Source of the DNA: Omnitrophica WOR_2 bacterium GWF2_43_52
GTDB taxonomy: Bacteria > Omnitrophota > Gorgyraeia > Gygaellales > UBA12090
Length of the DNA: 64,000 bases
Direction: 5' to 3'
Assembly: GCA_001805445.1 (NCBI GenBank)
Contig: MHGF01000003.1
Location: forward strand, 248,429 to 312,428
Shown: positions 19,131 through 28,789 of the stretch, piece after piece
Layout of the letters: each line of letters begins with the position of its first letter
Numbering within the stretch: position 1 is the stretch's first letter
Position numbers and translations under genes: made by a program
Notes under the pieces: generated by a model
What the model saw: the letters and a program-made list of their open reading frames with translations, nothing else
The model's database searches: none
What the model was told of the DNA's origin: nothing

Positions 19131-19208
19131 ATTAGGATGTAGGGAACAAAATCCCATGCTTTCCCCTAATCTCCCAGTCTCCTAATATCCCAATCCTAAT
19201 TTCCTAAT
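19131..19208. repeat. CCTAAT hexamer array (four direct copies plus one inverted GGGGATTAGG) in the pfk upstream region
   Basis: ATTAGG at 19131. CCTAAT at 19165, 19181, 19195 and 19203, each embedded in a C/T-rich context. Confidence 0.6.
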
Positions 19209-19303
19209 ACCCTACTATCCGCTTTTAACATGTTGCTGCCTCACTTTTATGCGCGATAAATCGCGCCGCTACATTCCTGTCGGCAGGCAGGCAAAGCCTG
19301 AGC

Positions 19304-19918
19304 CTACCGGCCATATCCATAAAATGGAATCGCAGGTTGTTCCTTCTGTTCATTATCAGTTTTTTTTCTATCCTTCTCATCATCACAAACAATCTTTGCT
19401 ACATGGATCTTAACGATAATCGGCTCATCAATTCCCCGGAGCATATCCTGGATTTTACTTTTTACCAGCTCCTGAAGCCGTTCCGTAAGGTCAACGATAT
19501 TGGTCTCACACTTTAAATCAATACGTAGATAAACCGCAATCCCGCCCCGCCTTCTCACCCGCACATCCGGGCGCAGATTTTTAACCTGAGGCACCTGGAT
19601 GGCAAGCCTTTTAATCAGGTCCTCTACGGCAACCAAGGCAATGCTTACCTGGCCGCTTGAGGTATTAAAAGCAATATACTTTTCTCTATGAATTTTACCC
19701 ATCACCGACTGGGTAAAGGTATAGTTAATCAACACAATAAGCAGGCTCACGAGCATTAAGATAGCTCCCGAGTTAGGATAGCCTTGAATCTGAGCCGCTA
19801 TATCGGAAACCATAGCGGGAGTAATCCAATGTACAGCAAAATAAAAAAGTATCCCCGCGAATAAAATATAAAACAACGTATTGAAAATAAGCCCGCATAT
19901 GGTAAAAAAACGCATCAA
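19304..19918 (-). CDS. Asp23-associated membrane anchor protein (AmaP-like)
   Basis: Two N-terminal TM helices followed by an Asp23/DUF322-like domain. It sits directly upstream of an Asp23 gene. Confidence 0.5.
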   Translation of the reverse strand: MMRFFTICGLIFNTLFYILFAGILFYFAVHWITPAMVSDIAAQIQGYPNSGAILMLVSLLIVLINYTFTQSVMGKIHREKYIAFNTSSGQVSIALVAVEDLIKRLAIQVPQVKNLRPDVRVRRRGGIAVYLRIDLKCETNIVDLTERLQELVKSKIQDMLRGIDEPIIVKIHVAKIVCDDEKDRKKTDNEQKEQPAIPFYGYGR

Positions 19919-19940
19919 GAACCCTCCTTGTTTATCATTA

Positions 19941-20291
19941 TCATTTCTCTATTCCCTGGACATTGATACGAATATCGCGGGGAGATTTATCCAGCATTTT
20001 CTCGAGTGAGCGCCTGATATTATCCTGAACGCTTTCTACCACCGAAGCAATAGTGCAGCCATAGGCAACAACCAGCGGCACCTCCAAGCGTATTTCATCA
20101 TTTCTTCCAAACTCCACCTTTATCAACCGGGAAGCCTTCAAGCCAAAGAATTCCAAGAAAGCAATACAGGACGGCTTTCCAATGTGTTTTACCCCTGTTA
20201 TTTCCAAAGCGGCAAAAGCAGCGATAGAAGCAATAACATTTTTGTGAATTTTGACTGAGCCCGCCTCGATTTTATTGGCATGCATGTCCAT
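19941..20291 (-). CDS. Asp23/Gls24 family alkaline shock protein
   Basis: 116 aa, Asp23-family sequence pattern (KIHKNVIASIAAFAALEITGV ...). Confidence 0.7.
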   Translation of the reverse strand: MDMHANKIEAGSVKIHKNVIASIAAFAALEITGVKHIGKPSCIAFLEFFGLKASRLIKVEFGRNDEIRLEVPLVVAYGCTIASVVESVQDNIRRSLEKMLDKSPRDIRINVQGIEK

Positions 20292-20293
20292 GA

Positions 20294-21655
20294 TTATTCC
20301 TCTTTTTTAGGGCTGATTTTGAAATTTTCGTTGATGAAATTTGTCGAAAAATCCCCTTTTATGAAAAACGGATTCTTTAATACTTCCTTATGAAAGGGGA
20401 TGGTCGTTTTAATCGGGCCGATCACAAATTCATCAAGCGCCCTGCTCATAATCCTCAGTGCCTCTTTTCTATCCCTGCCATGAACAATAAGCTTGGCAAT
20501 TAAAGAATCATAATACTGGCTTATGCTATATCCCTGATAGACATGGCTGTCTACCCTTACCCCTGGGCCTCCGGGAATATTCAAAGATTCAATCTTCCCT
20601 GGACAAGGCATAAAATTATTCTCATAATCTTCGGCATTGATACGACATTCTATTGACGAGCCGCTGAGCTTTACATCATCCTGGCGGATTTTAAGCTTTT
20701 CACCAGCGGCAATTTTTATCTGCTCCTTAACAATGTCAATGCCTGTTACCCATTCCGTAACCGGATGCTCTACCTGGATACGGGTATTCATTTCCATAAA
20801 ATAAAAATTATTTTTTTCATCGAGCAAAAACTCTATGGTTCCCGCGCTGATATACTTAACCTCCCTGGCTGCCTTCTCCGCGGCCTCTCCCAGGCGCTTG
20901 CGCAGTTTACTATCGACCGCAGGAGATGGAGATTCTTCGATGAGTTTTTGGTGGCGCCTTTGAATAGAACAATCCCTTTCACCCAGATAAATGATGTGGC
21001 CGTATTTATCCGCGAGGAGTTGAATCTCTATATGGCGCGGCCTTTCGATATATTTTTCTATGTAAACGTTGGAATTACCGAAACTTGCCTCTGCCTCTGC
21101 CTGGGCAGTCATCAAGCCTGACACTAAACTTATATCGTTATGACAAACCCGCATCCCCTTGCCCCCTCCGCCGGCGGCAGCCTTAATAATAATAGGATAG
21201 CTAATACGCTTCGCGATTTTCAGGGCATCGTCTTTATTTTTGACCGCGGTAAGGCTGCCCGGAACGATTGGTATGTTTGCCTTACGCATAGTGTCACGCG
21301 CCTGCATCTTATCACCCATAAGGCGTATATTTTCCGGAGTCGGGCCTATAAAAGTAATACGGCAGGATTCACAAATCTCGGCAAAGTGGGGATTCTCGGC
21401 TAAGAAACCGTAACCGGGATGAATAGCGTCCACATCGGTTATCTCCGCGGCAGAAATAATAGAGGGAATATTAAGGTAACTGTTAACGCTTGCGGCCGGG
21501 CCTATACAGATAGCCTCATCTGCCAGGCGCACGTGAAGCGATTCAAGATCGGCTTGGGAATAGACAGCAACCGTGCGTATCCCGAGCTCTTTACATGCGC
21601 GTATGATACGAACGGCGATTTCACCGCGGTTGGCAATTAATACTTTGGAAAACAA
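20294..21655 (-). CDS. accC: acetyl-CoA carboxylase biotin carboxylase subunit
   Basis: [22 protein letters not shown]-terminus and ATP-grasp motifs, 453 aa. Confidence 0.9.
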   Translation of the reverse strand: MFSKVLIANRGEIAVRIIRACKELGIRTVAVYSQADLESLHVRLADEAICIGPAASVNSYLNIPSIISAAEITDVDAIHPGYGFLAENPHFAEICESCRITFIGPTPENIRLMGDKMQARDTMRKANIPIVPGSLTAVKNKDDALKIAKRISYPIIIKAAAGGGGKGMRVCHNDISLVSGLMTAQAEAEASFGNSNVYIEKYIERPRHIEIQLLADKYGHIIYLGERDCSIQRRHQKLIEESPSPAVDSKLRKRLGEAAEKAAREVKYISAGTIEFLLDEKNNFYFMEMNTRIQVEHPVTEWVTGIDIVKEQIKIAAGEKLKIRQDDVKLSGSSIECRINAEDYENNFMPCPGKIESLNIPGGPGVRVDSHVYQGYSISQYYDSLIAKLIVHGRDRKEALRIMSRALDEFVIGPIKTTIPFHKEVLKNPFFIKGDFSTNFINENFKISPKKEE

Positions 21656-21707
21656 TAGAGTGAATTAGCCTGCTCGCTGGTAAGCCTTTGCCAACGTATA
21701 AGCTTTC

Positions 21708-22166
21708 TTAGTGAGGTTCTATAAGAAATAAGGGCTGGCCGAATTCTACCGGCTCAGCATTGTCTACAAGAATTTCTAAAATCTTTCCCTTCACTTCTGA
21801 CTTTATCTCATTCATCAGCTTCATTGCCTCAATAATACAAATAACCTGTCCAGGCGTAATTTCCTGATTTACCTCAACAAACGCGGGCGCCTCGGGGCTA
21901 GGGGCACGATAAAACGTTCCAACCATAAGAGACTTGATTTCTAACTTATTTGAAGCAGGTAGTTCTTTGCGTGCCGATTCCTGAGACTGCAACTGATGTT
22001 CAGCTATAGGCTGGCGTTCAATATACACTGGAGCAGGAACGACGTCCTGGCCATGCGAAGAGGCTTTCTTGAGTTTAATGCGCATATCATCTTTTTCAAT
22101 CTCTAATTCCAAGAGATTATTCTCATTCATCAGACTGATCATTTCCTTAATCTCTTTTACATTCAC
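21708..22166 (-). CDS. accB: acetyl-CoA carboxylase biotin carboxyl carrier protein
   Basis: EAMKLMNEI biotinyl-lysine motif. Upstream of accC. Confidence 0.85.
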   Translation of the reverse strand: MNVKEIKEMISLMNENNLLELEIEKDDMRIKLKKASSHGQDVVPAPVYIERQPIAEHQLQSQESARKELPASNKLEIKSLMVGTFYRAPSPEAPAFVEVNQEITPGQVICIIEAMKLMNEIKSEVKGKILEILVDNAEPVEFGQPLFLIEPH

Positions 22167-22326
22167 AAAGGTTCCCTCCTCACTACAATACCGCCGCCTT
22201 ACTGCCGTAGCATCCTTATAATTTCACACATGTCTAAAACTTCAGAACCTCTGTCTTTATTCAAAATTAACGCTGACCACACATACGCTATAAAAGATAA
22301 AAACAGAAAAGAAAACAAAAGAAAGG

Positions 22327-22890
22327 TTAATACGCCCTTTCCACATAAGTTCCGGTACGGGTATCTACTTTAAGTTTATCACCGATATTAATAAATAAAG
22401 GAACGAGTATCGTTGCTCCGGTTTCTACTTTTGCCGGCTTATTTCCGCCTTTTGCGGTATCCCCTTTTATTCCCGGCTCAGTTTCCGTAACTACCAGTTC
22501 AATAAAATTGGGAATTACCACATTAAGGATTTTATCTTTATAAAAATAACCTAACACCTCAAGGTTATCCTTCAAAAACTTAGTCCCATCACCTAAGATA
22601 TCAGCGGAAATGACTAGTTGGTCATAATTTTCTTGGTCCATAAAATGATACATATCCGTCTGTGAATAAAGGTATTGCAATTTTCTCTGCTCCACAAAGG
22701 CCTCTTCCGCGGTATCCTGGCCACGGAAGGTCCTATCCAAGAGATTTCCTGTCCTTAGGTTTTTTAGTTTGGCACGCACAAAAGCAGAACCTTTTGCCGG
22801 CTTGACATGTTCTGTTTCAACAATCTGATAGACTTCTCCATCCAAGAGGATGGTTACCCCTACTTTAAATTGATTTATTGATAGCGCCAC
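22327..22890 (-). CDS. efp: elongation factor P
   Basis: Full-length EF-P similarity (KPGKGSAFVRAKLKN-type loop: KPAKGSAFVRAKLKNLRTG). Confidence 0.9.
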   Translation of the reverse strand: MALSINQFKVGVTILLDGEVYQIVETEHVKPAKGSAFVRAKLKNLRTGNLLDRTFRGQDTAEEAFVEQRKLQYLYSQTDMYHFMDQENYDQLVISADILGDGTKFLKDNLEVLGYFYKDKILNVVIPNFIELVVTETEPGIKGDTAKGGNKPAKVETGATILVPLFINIGDKLKVDTRTGTYVERAY

Positions 22891-23926
22891 TTAATACCTC
22901 AACCCCTTTCTTGGTTACTACTACCATATCCTCTATCCTAATACCAAATTTTCCCGGAAGATATATCCCCGGCTCAATGGTAAATACCATTCCTTCCTGC
23001 GCGAGGGATTTGTTTTTAGAGGATATGCTTGGTTCTTCATGAACTTCAAGGCCAACGCCATGGCCTAAACTATGGCCGAAACATTTTCCATAGCCATGCT
23101 TCGCGATAAAGCTGCGCGAGGCAAAGTCTATTTTACAAAGCTCCGCGCCGGGGCTAACTGCCTCAATCGCCTTATCTTGAGCCTCTCGTATAATCGCGTA
23201 AATCTTACGTTGGACATGTGTTATTTTATCTAAAAAGAATACCCTTGTCAAGTCAGATTTATAGCCGTTTACCTCAACCCCGATGTCGATAAGCACCGAA
23301 TCACAGGAGCGGAATTTCCTTGTGGTAACCCCGGCATGAGGAAAACTGGAATTCGGCCCGCTGGCAGCAATAATGTTAAACGCGCTCATAGAGGCTCCCT
23401 GATAGCGGATAAAACGCTCAAACTCTCCCGCGACCCTTAATTCGCTCTCACCGGGTTTAATATGCCTTTTTAAGAAGGTAAAGGCCAGGCCGGTAATTCG
23501 TATAGCCTCTCTTATAGAGGAAAGTTCCTCAGGGCTTTTAATTTGCCTGAGTGTTTCAATGAGATTAAAGGTATCGAAAAGTTTAATCTTGGGGGGTAAA
23601 TACTCTTTAATTTTTGTATATTCCGCGAAATTCAAATCCTTGGCCTCAAACCCTACACGCTTAACCGCAAGCCTGCGCGCTAAGGAAACTATGTCCTTAA
23701 AAAGGTTTTTGTATTGCACGACCTTCACTGCCTTGATATTCCCGCGTGCTTCCTCAGTATAGCGAAAATCTGTAATCAGGTATGCCCTATGATGGGTAAC
23801 GAAAAGGTAGGAATCCCGAATAGGATAGTTACATAAATAAGCGACATTAGCTTCTTTTGTAACCAAAAAGCCGTCCAGGGAATTCAAGGCTAATTTTGCT
23901 CTGAAACCAGGGATACGGGAAAGCAT
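22865..23926 (-). CDS. Xaa-Pro aminopeptidase (M24 family)
   Basis: Creatinase N-terminal-like domain plus M24 pita-bread motifs (HGLGHGVGLEVHE). Confidence 0.8.
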   Translation of the reverse strand: MLSRIPGFRAKLALNSLDGFLVTKEANVAYLCNYPIRDSYLFVTHHRAYLITDFRYTEEARGNIKAVKVVQYKNLFKDIVSLARRLAVKRVGFEAKDLNFAEYTKIKEYLPPKIKLFDTFNLIETLRQIKSPEELSSIREAIRITGLAFTFLKRHIKPGESELRVAGEFERFIRYQGASMSAFNIIAASGPNSSFPHAGVTTRKFRSCDSVLIDIGVEVNGYKSDLTRVFFLDKITHVQRKIYAIIREAQDKAIEAVSPGAELCKIDFASRSFIAKHGYGKCFGHSLGHGVGLEVHEEPSISSKNKSLAQEGMVFTIEPGIYLPGKFGIRIEDMVVVTKKGVEVLSGAINKSI

Positions 23927-24388
23927 TTACTTCCGCGCGGAATCTAAAAGATTGATAATGGCTAAGAGGCCAAGGGCATAACTCTGTTTACCGAATCCTG
24001 AGATTTGCCCTTTGGCAACAGGCGCGATTAAAGAATTATGGCGGAATTGCTCACGCGCGTAGATATTAGACAAGTGCACTTCAACACACGGCAGGCCGCA
24101 GGCCAGAAGGGCATCGCGGATAGCGACACTAGTATGGGTATAGGCCGCGGGATTGATGAGAATAGCATCAAAGGTATCCTTGCTCTTTCCAATGGTATCA
24201 ACAATTTCTCCTTCATGATTAGACTGAACTATCTCTACCTTCACCTTATGCTCTTTGGCGAGGCTACGTAATTCGTCATTAATCTCAGGCAAAGTAACCC
24301 GTCCATACACCTCGGGCTCACGCTGGCCCAAAAGCCCAAGGTTTGGGCCGTGAATTACGAGAATAGCGTGCTTTTTAGGACGCGCCAT
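23927..24388 (-). CDS. aroQ: 3-dehydroquinate dehydratase, type II
   Basis: [22 protein letters not shown]-terminus and overall AroQ similarity. Confidence 0.9.
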   Translation of the reverse strand: MARPKKHAILVIHGPNLGLLGQREPEVYGRVTLPEINDELRSLAKEHKVKVEIVQSNHEGEIVDTIGKSKDTFDAILINPAAYTHTSVAIRDALLACGLPCVEVHLSNIYAREQFRHNSLIAPVAKGQISGFGKQSYALGLLAIINLLDSARK

Positions 24389-24390
24389 CG

Positions 24391-24561
24391 CTAAGCCTGT
24401 TCCGCCTCATCTATAAGCATTATCGGAATACCGTCACGTACAGGGTATTTGCGTTTACATTTTGTACAGGCAATCTTTTCCTGCCCGGAAACCGTTTCTA
24501 AGACCACATCGGCCTTACACGCGGGACAAGCCAAAATATCTAAAAGTTCCTTGTCAATCAT
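24391..24561 (-). CDS. Trm112/YcaR-like small zinc-ribbon protein, not in the ORF track
   Basis: Manual translation: [56 protein letters not shown]. CPxC ... CxxC Trm112 family pattern. ATGA overlap with the upstream stop. Confidence 0.55.
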   Translation of the reverse strand: MIDKELLDILACPACKADVVLETVSGQEKIACTKCKRKYPVRDGIPIMLIDEAEQA

Positions 24562-24932
24562 TTCTTGCCTCCCGTTTTCTGCACATAGCTCATTCTCAAT
24601 TCGTACAAAACCCCCTCTATCAGTGCAGCCTCTTCCTGGGTAAGATTACCTTTTGTTTTTTCCTGTAACATCCCCAAGGTATCAACGATAAATTTTGCCT
24701 GCGGCAGGTTTTCCTGGCTCTTGTTGGTTTGCGGCTCAGGAACATCTCCTAAGGCAATCGTTGCCTGCATAGCTAAGGTAGTAACAAAAAACGAGAAGCT
24801 TGCCTCTGGCATGGTAAAATTTTCCTTAGCCTGCGGTTCCTGAGGTTTCGAAGAAGCGCCCTCGTCCTTGCCTTTTTCTTTGACTACCTTATCCTTATAG
24901 CTTTCATCAACCTTTTTCTTCTGCTCTTCCAT
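24558..24932 (-). CDS. DUF1844-like protein
   Basis: 124 aa with a charged N-terminus and FSFFVTTLAMQATIALG core that I recall as DUF1844. Confidence 0.4.
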   Translation of the reverse strand: MEEQKKKVDESYKDKVVKEKGKDEGASSKPQEPQAKENFTMPEASFSFFVTTLAMQATIALGDVPEPQTNKSQENLPQAKFIVDTLGMLQEKTKGNLTQEEAALIEGVLYELRMSYVQKTGGKK

Positions 24933-25125
24933 ATCGATTATCTCACTAGTGCTCCGTTAACTTAATTCTTATGGGTATAGCGAAAGTTAACTCCGCACTT
25001 CCGCTATGGGGGCAGGCCCCCCTTCGGCGCTCTCCGCCTACGGCGGATCGCTGAGCACCCCCCAAGCGTGGGTGACGGTCTCCCCCACACCCCCTTTAGT
25101 GCACCGCCTACATATAAAAATTAAT

Positions 25126-25953
25126 TTAACGGTGCACTATTATCCCCGCGTACCCTACCACACTGGAATTATCCCCGGTAACGTCACCACTGGTTTGGTA
25201 CTTCACCAATTCAGCCTTGGTAGCCCCAAGGGCTTTTGCCGCTACAATCATGACAATCGCGGGCGCATACCCGCACATCGTAATATCTAATTCCCGCACC
25301 TTTTCCCACAATTTGACTTCATCTAATTCTACAATCGCCTGTATGGCCTTCGTATCTTTAACCTTGGCTGTTGCTGCATCCTCATAATGCGTCATATCGG
25401 AACTGGCAATAAGTAAGGTATCTTTTTCCGCACGAAGTTCCTTCAGGGCGGCGGCAATAGAAAGCCCCAGGCGTTGATAATTCTTAAAGTCACTTGAAGC
25501 AATAACTATAGGCACAAAACTAAAATCTTTTTTATAATATTGCAGTAACGGCAGCTCTACTTCAATAGAATGCTCCGACTCATGCGCCGCGAAATCGGTT
25601 TTTAAGAGCGGCGACTTTTCTTTAAGCTTCTTGGCGAGCTTGCTATCTATGGAAACACTCCCCAGAGGCGTCATCCAGGAGCCTTCATTCATAATGCTAA
25701 AAAGGCCGCCCCTGCCGGTATGATTGGGCCCTAGGATAATAAGCGTACCTGGTATCTCAATCTGAGATACCACGCTTTTGGCAACAGCCCCTGAATACAT
25801 ATAGCCTGCGTGAGGAAGCATGCAACCGAAGGCAGTTTTCTTTACCAGGCTCTCTTCCCTTTTGTCAGGAAACGACTCTAACTGCTGACGCAATTCTTCT
25901 TCAGTCGCAGGATAAAACTGCCCCGCTACCGCAGGCTGTCTAATGTTCGCCAT
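25126..25953 (-). CDS. MEMO1-family protein (AmmeMemoRadiSam system protein B-like)
   Basis: N-terminal PAVAGQFYP and overall Memo-like similarity, 275 aa. Confidence 0.8.
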   Translation of the reverse strand: MANIRQPAVAGQFYPATEEELRQQLESFPDKREESLVKKTAFGCMLPHAGYMYSGAVAKSVVSQIEIPGTLIILGPNHTGRGGLFSIMNEGSWMTPLGSVSIDSKLAKKLKEKSPLLKTDFAAHESEHSIEVELPLLQYYKKDFSFVPIVIASSDFKNYQRLGLSIAAALKELRAEKDTLLIASSDMTHYEDAATAKVKDTKAIQAIVELDEVKLWEKVRELDITMCGYAPAIVMIVAAKALGATKAELVKYQTSGDVTGDNSSVVGYAGIIVHR

Positions 25954-26863
25954 ACAAAGTTTCCAGGAAATCTTTTGCCTTTATGATATCTTGGGAAGAG
26001 GCAGGATAATGCGCCTCTAAGGTTTTAATCGTATCTTTTGTAAGGTACGGTGCTAACAGCTTAAAATCAAAATCACCCCGCAAAGGAGCTAAATGATCGT
26101 CGTCTTTTATAATATCATGCAGGTGAACACCAATCAGGGACGCTCCATACTGATCTAAATATTCCTGATGCTTCCTGAATCCTAAATTCTCCCAAAGCTG
26201 GGCATGGCCTGTATCATGCCAGTAAAAAACGGGAGCGCCCTTACAATGTTCCAGTAAGCGCGCGGTTTCTTCGAAAGAAGGAATTTCCCGAAAGTAATAC
26301 CTGTTTTCTATGCCCAGAGCTACTTGTTGCTTTTGGGCGTAGGGCGAGAGTTCATCCAGGCTTTTAAAGACTGCCTCAAGATGGGCGCGCGCCTGTTCTT
26401 CTCTTTCCCGGCGCATGAGCTCTGTGATACTTTTGAGCCGAGGGTCAAAGGCTCCCTCGCTACTGTAAAAAATCGAGATCAATTCCCTGGTGCGGTCGGC
26501 TATTTCCACTCTGCCGCAATGCATTACCACGGCCTTGGCATTGACCTGGCGCGCGGAATCAATACTTGCTTTCGTATACTTGACCGCTAATTCCCGCTCG
26601 CGCTCATCAAGCGATGCTACCGAGTAGCAATCCGGCAAAGCAACTTCTCTTGCCAGGTTCTCAGGGATAGGACAAAAATTATGCAGGGCATTGACTTTAA
26701 TCTTATTTTTCTTAACTAAAGAGGCTATGTCCTCTACCATATCTTTAGTCAAATTAAAGCTTAACTCTACGGCATTAAAGCCTAACCGCTGAACCTCCGC
26801 GATAACCTTTTTACCGTCTGTATAGCGAAAGGCGTTCCATGAAGTCGATAGGCACAACTCCAT
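25940..26863 (-). CDS. sugar phosphate isomerase/epimerase (xylose isomerase-like TIM barrel)
   Basis: MELCLSTSWNAF ... LGFNAVEL N-terminal pattern typical of AP-endonuclease family 2 TIM barrels. Confidence 0.65.
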   Translation of the reverse strand: MELCLSTSWNAFRYTDGKKVIAEVQRLGFNAVELSFNLTKDMVEDIASLVKKNKIKVNALHNFCPIPENLAREVALPDCYSVASLDERERELAVKYTKASIDSARQVNAKAVVMHCGRVEIADRTRELISIFYSSEGAFDPRLKSITELMRREREEQARAHLEAVFKSLDELSPYAQKQQVALGIENRYYFREIPSFEETARLLEHCKGAPVFYWHDTGHAQLWENLGFRKHQEYLDQYGASLIGVHLHDIIKDDDHLAPLRGDFDFKLLAPYLTKDTIKTLEAHYPASSQDIIKAKDFLETLYGEH

Positions 26864-26866
26864 GGC

Positions 26867-27025
26867 TTATAACTTCTTCGATTTTTTCCGCTTTCGTTCA
26901 CTCGGTTTTTCATAGTGCTTACGATCGCGTATTTCTCTTAAAATGCCTTCTTTGTCAATCTTTTTCTTAAATCTCCGTAAAGCAGATTCAAACGACTCAT
27001 CTTTTCTTATTACGACCTCAGACAT
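26867..27025 (-). CDS. rpsU: 30S ribosomal protein S21, not in the ORF track
   Basis: Manual translation MSEVVIRKDESFESALRRFKKKIDKEGILREIRDRKHYEKPSERKRKKSKKL matches the bS21 consensus (VRxNExFExALRRFKR...GIL). GGAGA RBS upstream. Confidence 0.8.
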   Translation of the reverse strand: MSEVVIRKDESFESALRRFKKKIDKEGILREIRDRKHYEKPSERKRKKSKKL

Positions 27026-27096
27026 AGATTATCATCTCCTTTTTTTATAATACTATCATTCCCTGAACATTATGTCAATCACCTTTTCCAAAACGC

Positions 27097-27816
27097 CTAT
27101 TTTTCTTTGAGCTGCGAAAAATGGATACTCACTCTAAAGGTAAGCACCGGAGCCCCCAACTCTTTAGGAAGCCTCGGGAAAGGGGCGGCATCGCGTAAAG
27201 CCTCAAGAGCGATACGCTGCAGCTGCCGGCTGGCAGTGCTTTTGTCATCAATAATGTGGTATTCTGCTAACGAACCATCCGCATTGAGCGCGAATTTGAG
27301 GCTCACCTGCCCGTCTTCGCTAGAATCCGAATACCGCGCGTACAGACAATGCCGATACCGTTCGTGCAAAAAATTACTGTAGGTAAGGTACGCGGGGCTT
27401 TCCGATTCCTTCTCAAACGAGTCCATCTGTATCGGAGAAAGCTTAAGCGTGCCGGTATCACGGAATTCCGAGCTCTGGATACGCGGCTTCTGCGCGTAGT
27501 GCTCGGGGCGAAGCCACGGCTCATCCTGAGCCCTGCTTTCTGAAGCGGACATTTTCCTCTTAGGAAGTTCATTTCTGTCCGATAAAACCAACCGCTGTCC
27601 CGGAGAGGTTAAGTCAGTGCCTTTTAATGAAGCATCAAGAGGTATTCGTGTCTTCTGGCCAAGGCTTACCGCTGGGGGCTTGATATAGGTAACTTTGAGC
27701 TCACGAAAAGCCTTGCGATAAGGCTTCATCGCAGACAGCGATACAAGAAAAAAGAAAACGATATGCAGCCCTACCGACACTCCCCAGGCAAGAGGATACT
27801 GTTTTATATGACTCAT
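27097..27816 (-). CDS. TonB C-terminal domain protein
   Basis: N-terminal TM anchor, Pro/charged linker, C-terminal TonB-like fold segment (SLKFALNADGSLAEYHIIDDKS ... VLTFRVSIHF). Confidence 0.6.
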   Translation of the reverse strand: MSHIKQYPLAWGVSVGLHIVFFFLVSLSAMKPYRKAFRELKVTYIKPPAVSLGQKTRIPLDASLKGTDLTSPGQRLVLSDRNELPKRKMSASESRAQDEPWLRPEHYAQKPRIQSSEFRDTGTLKLSPIQMDSFEKESESPAYLTYSNFLHERYRHCLYARYSDSSEDGQVSLKFALNADGSLAEYHIIDDKSTASRQLQRIALEALRDAAPFPRLPKELGAPVLTFRVSIHFSQLKEK

Positions 27817-27900
27817 TTTGTAATTATAACATCTTTTGGCTAACCTTCAAGAAGATTAAGCCCGAGGTAGTAACGCGTCAGTGAATGGGGAAAATGGGTG

Positions 27901-27921
27901 GCCCCGCCGCAGGCGGGGACA
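27901..27921 (-). terminator. GC-rich hairpin downstream of batE (candidate terminator of the Bat operon)
   Basis: GGCCCCGCC gcag GCGGGGAC stem-loop ~80 nt after the batE stop. On the minus strand it is followed by a modestly U-rich tract (CCAUUUUCCCC). Confidence 0.35.
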
Positions 27922-28000
27922 GTACCAATTTTCTTTGACCCCTGATAATTGACCGGTTGCCCGAGGTATGGCTGAAAAATGGCCTTAGTGAAATCTCGGA

Positions 28001-28789
28001 TTACCTTGCCGCGATAAAAGCAAGCCCTTCCTTATTCACCCAACCTATTTTTGCGTCTACACGCCTGATTTTATGCCATGCGCCGCTTGATTCTAAAACC
28101 TCAACAGTAACACCCTCAGGTAAAATAAAATGGGTGGTCGCGCTTTCAAGAGGCTCAAACTTCGATTCCAATTCCTTCACCATGACAACCGCGGCGCGTT
28201 TTTGATACTCGATTTTCCTTTTAAAAGCAATAGCCCCTAAGAGAAATATCACCACGCAGATAACACTGCCCGCCTTACACAAACGCTTCCTGCCATGGGC
28301 AAATTGATAGAGCATAGCTAAAAGAAAAAACATGGCCTGCATCAGGCTTAAAACTATCACTAAACAATCAAGGTTAAAAGCAGCGAAGGCAGCATCAATG
28401 AGCCGCAGAAACCAATTTTCTTCCGGTTCATCCTGGCCTAACTGCAGTAATGACCGACAATAGCTATAATTTGCCTTCAGGTCGCTATCTCCAGGAATGA
28501 ACAACTCTGCCCTTTTATAATGCAACAGCGCCTTCGCTAATTCTCCTTTTTTAAAATAGTTATTAGCAAGATTATAATAAAGATTCCCGCTTTCATAGCC
28601 TTTCATGAGCATTGCTTCATATAAGGCAATTGCCTGATCATAGTTGTTCTCTTTGTAAGCATGGGAAGCCTCAAGAAAGTCATGTTCAAGAGCTTGCCCC
28701 ATGACAGCACCACAAACGCACAAAACAAAAATTCCTGCCATGCACATAACTCTCCACCAGGCTTCCACACTACAGTTTTTTTTCATCAT
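28001..28789 (-). CDS. batE: BatE-like TPR + SH3b membrane protein
   Basis: TPR repeats, a TM segment, and a C-terminal SH3b-like region (AWHKIRRVDAKIGWV). It is the last gene of the Bat operon. Confidence 0.6.
   Translation of the reverse strand: MMKKNCSVEAWWRVMCMAGIFVLCVCGAVMGQALEHDFLEASHAYKENNYDQAIALYEAMLMKGYESGNLYYNLANNYFKKGELAKALLHYKRAELFIPGDSDLKANYSYCRSLLQLGQDEPEENWFLRLIDAAFAAFNLDCLVIVLSLMQAMFFLLAMLYQFAHGRKRLCKAGSVICVVIFLLGAIAFKRKIEYQKRAAVVMVKELESKFEPLESATTHFILPEGVTVEVLESSGAWHKIRRVDAKIGWVNKEGLAFIAAR

Noticed and set aside
25060-25110. GC-rich intergenic stretch (cccccacaccccc) resembling the GC-rich palindrome inside the giant gene (53250-53288)
   Set aside because: Only an 11-nt core (cccacaccccc) is shared, which is not significant. 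The 25100-25140 inverted repeat (AGTGCACCG ... CGGTGCACT) overlapping the Memo-like gene stop is more simply a local terminator-like hairpin.
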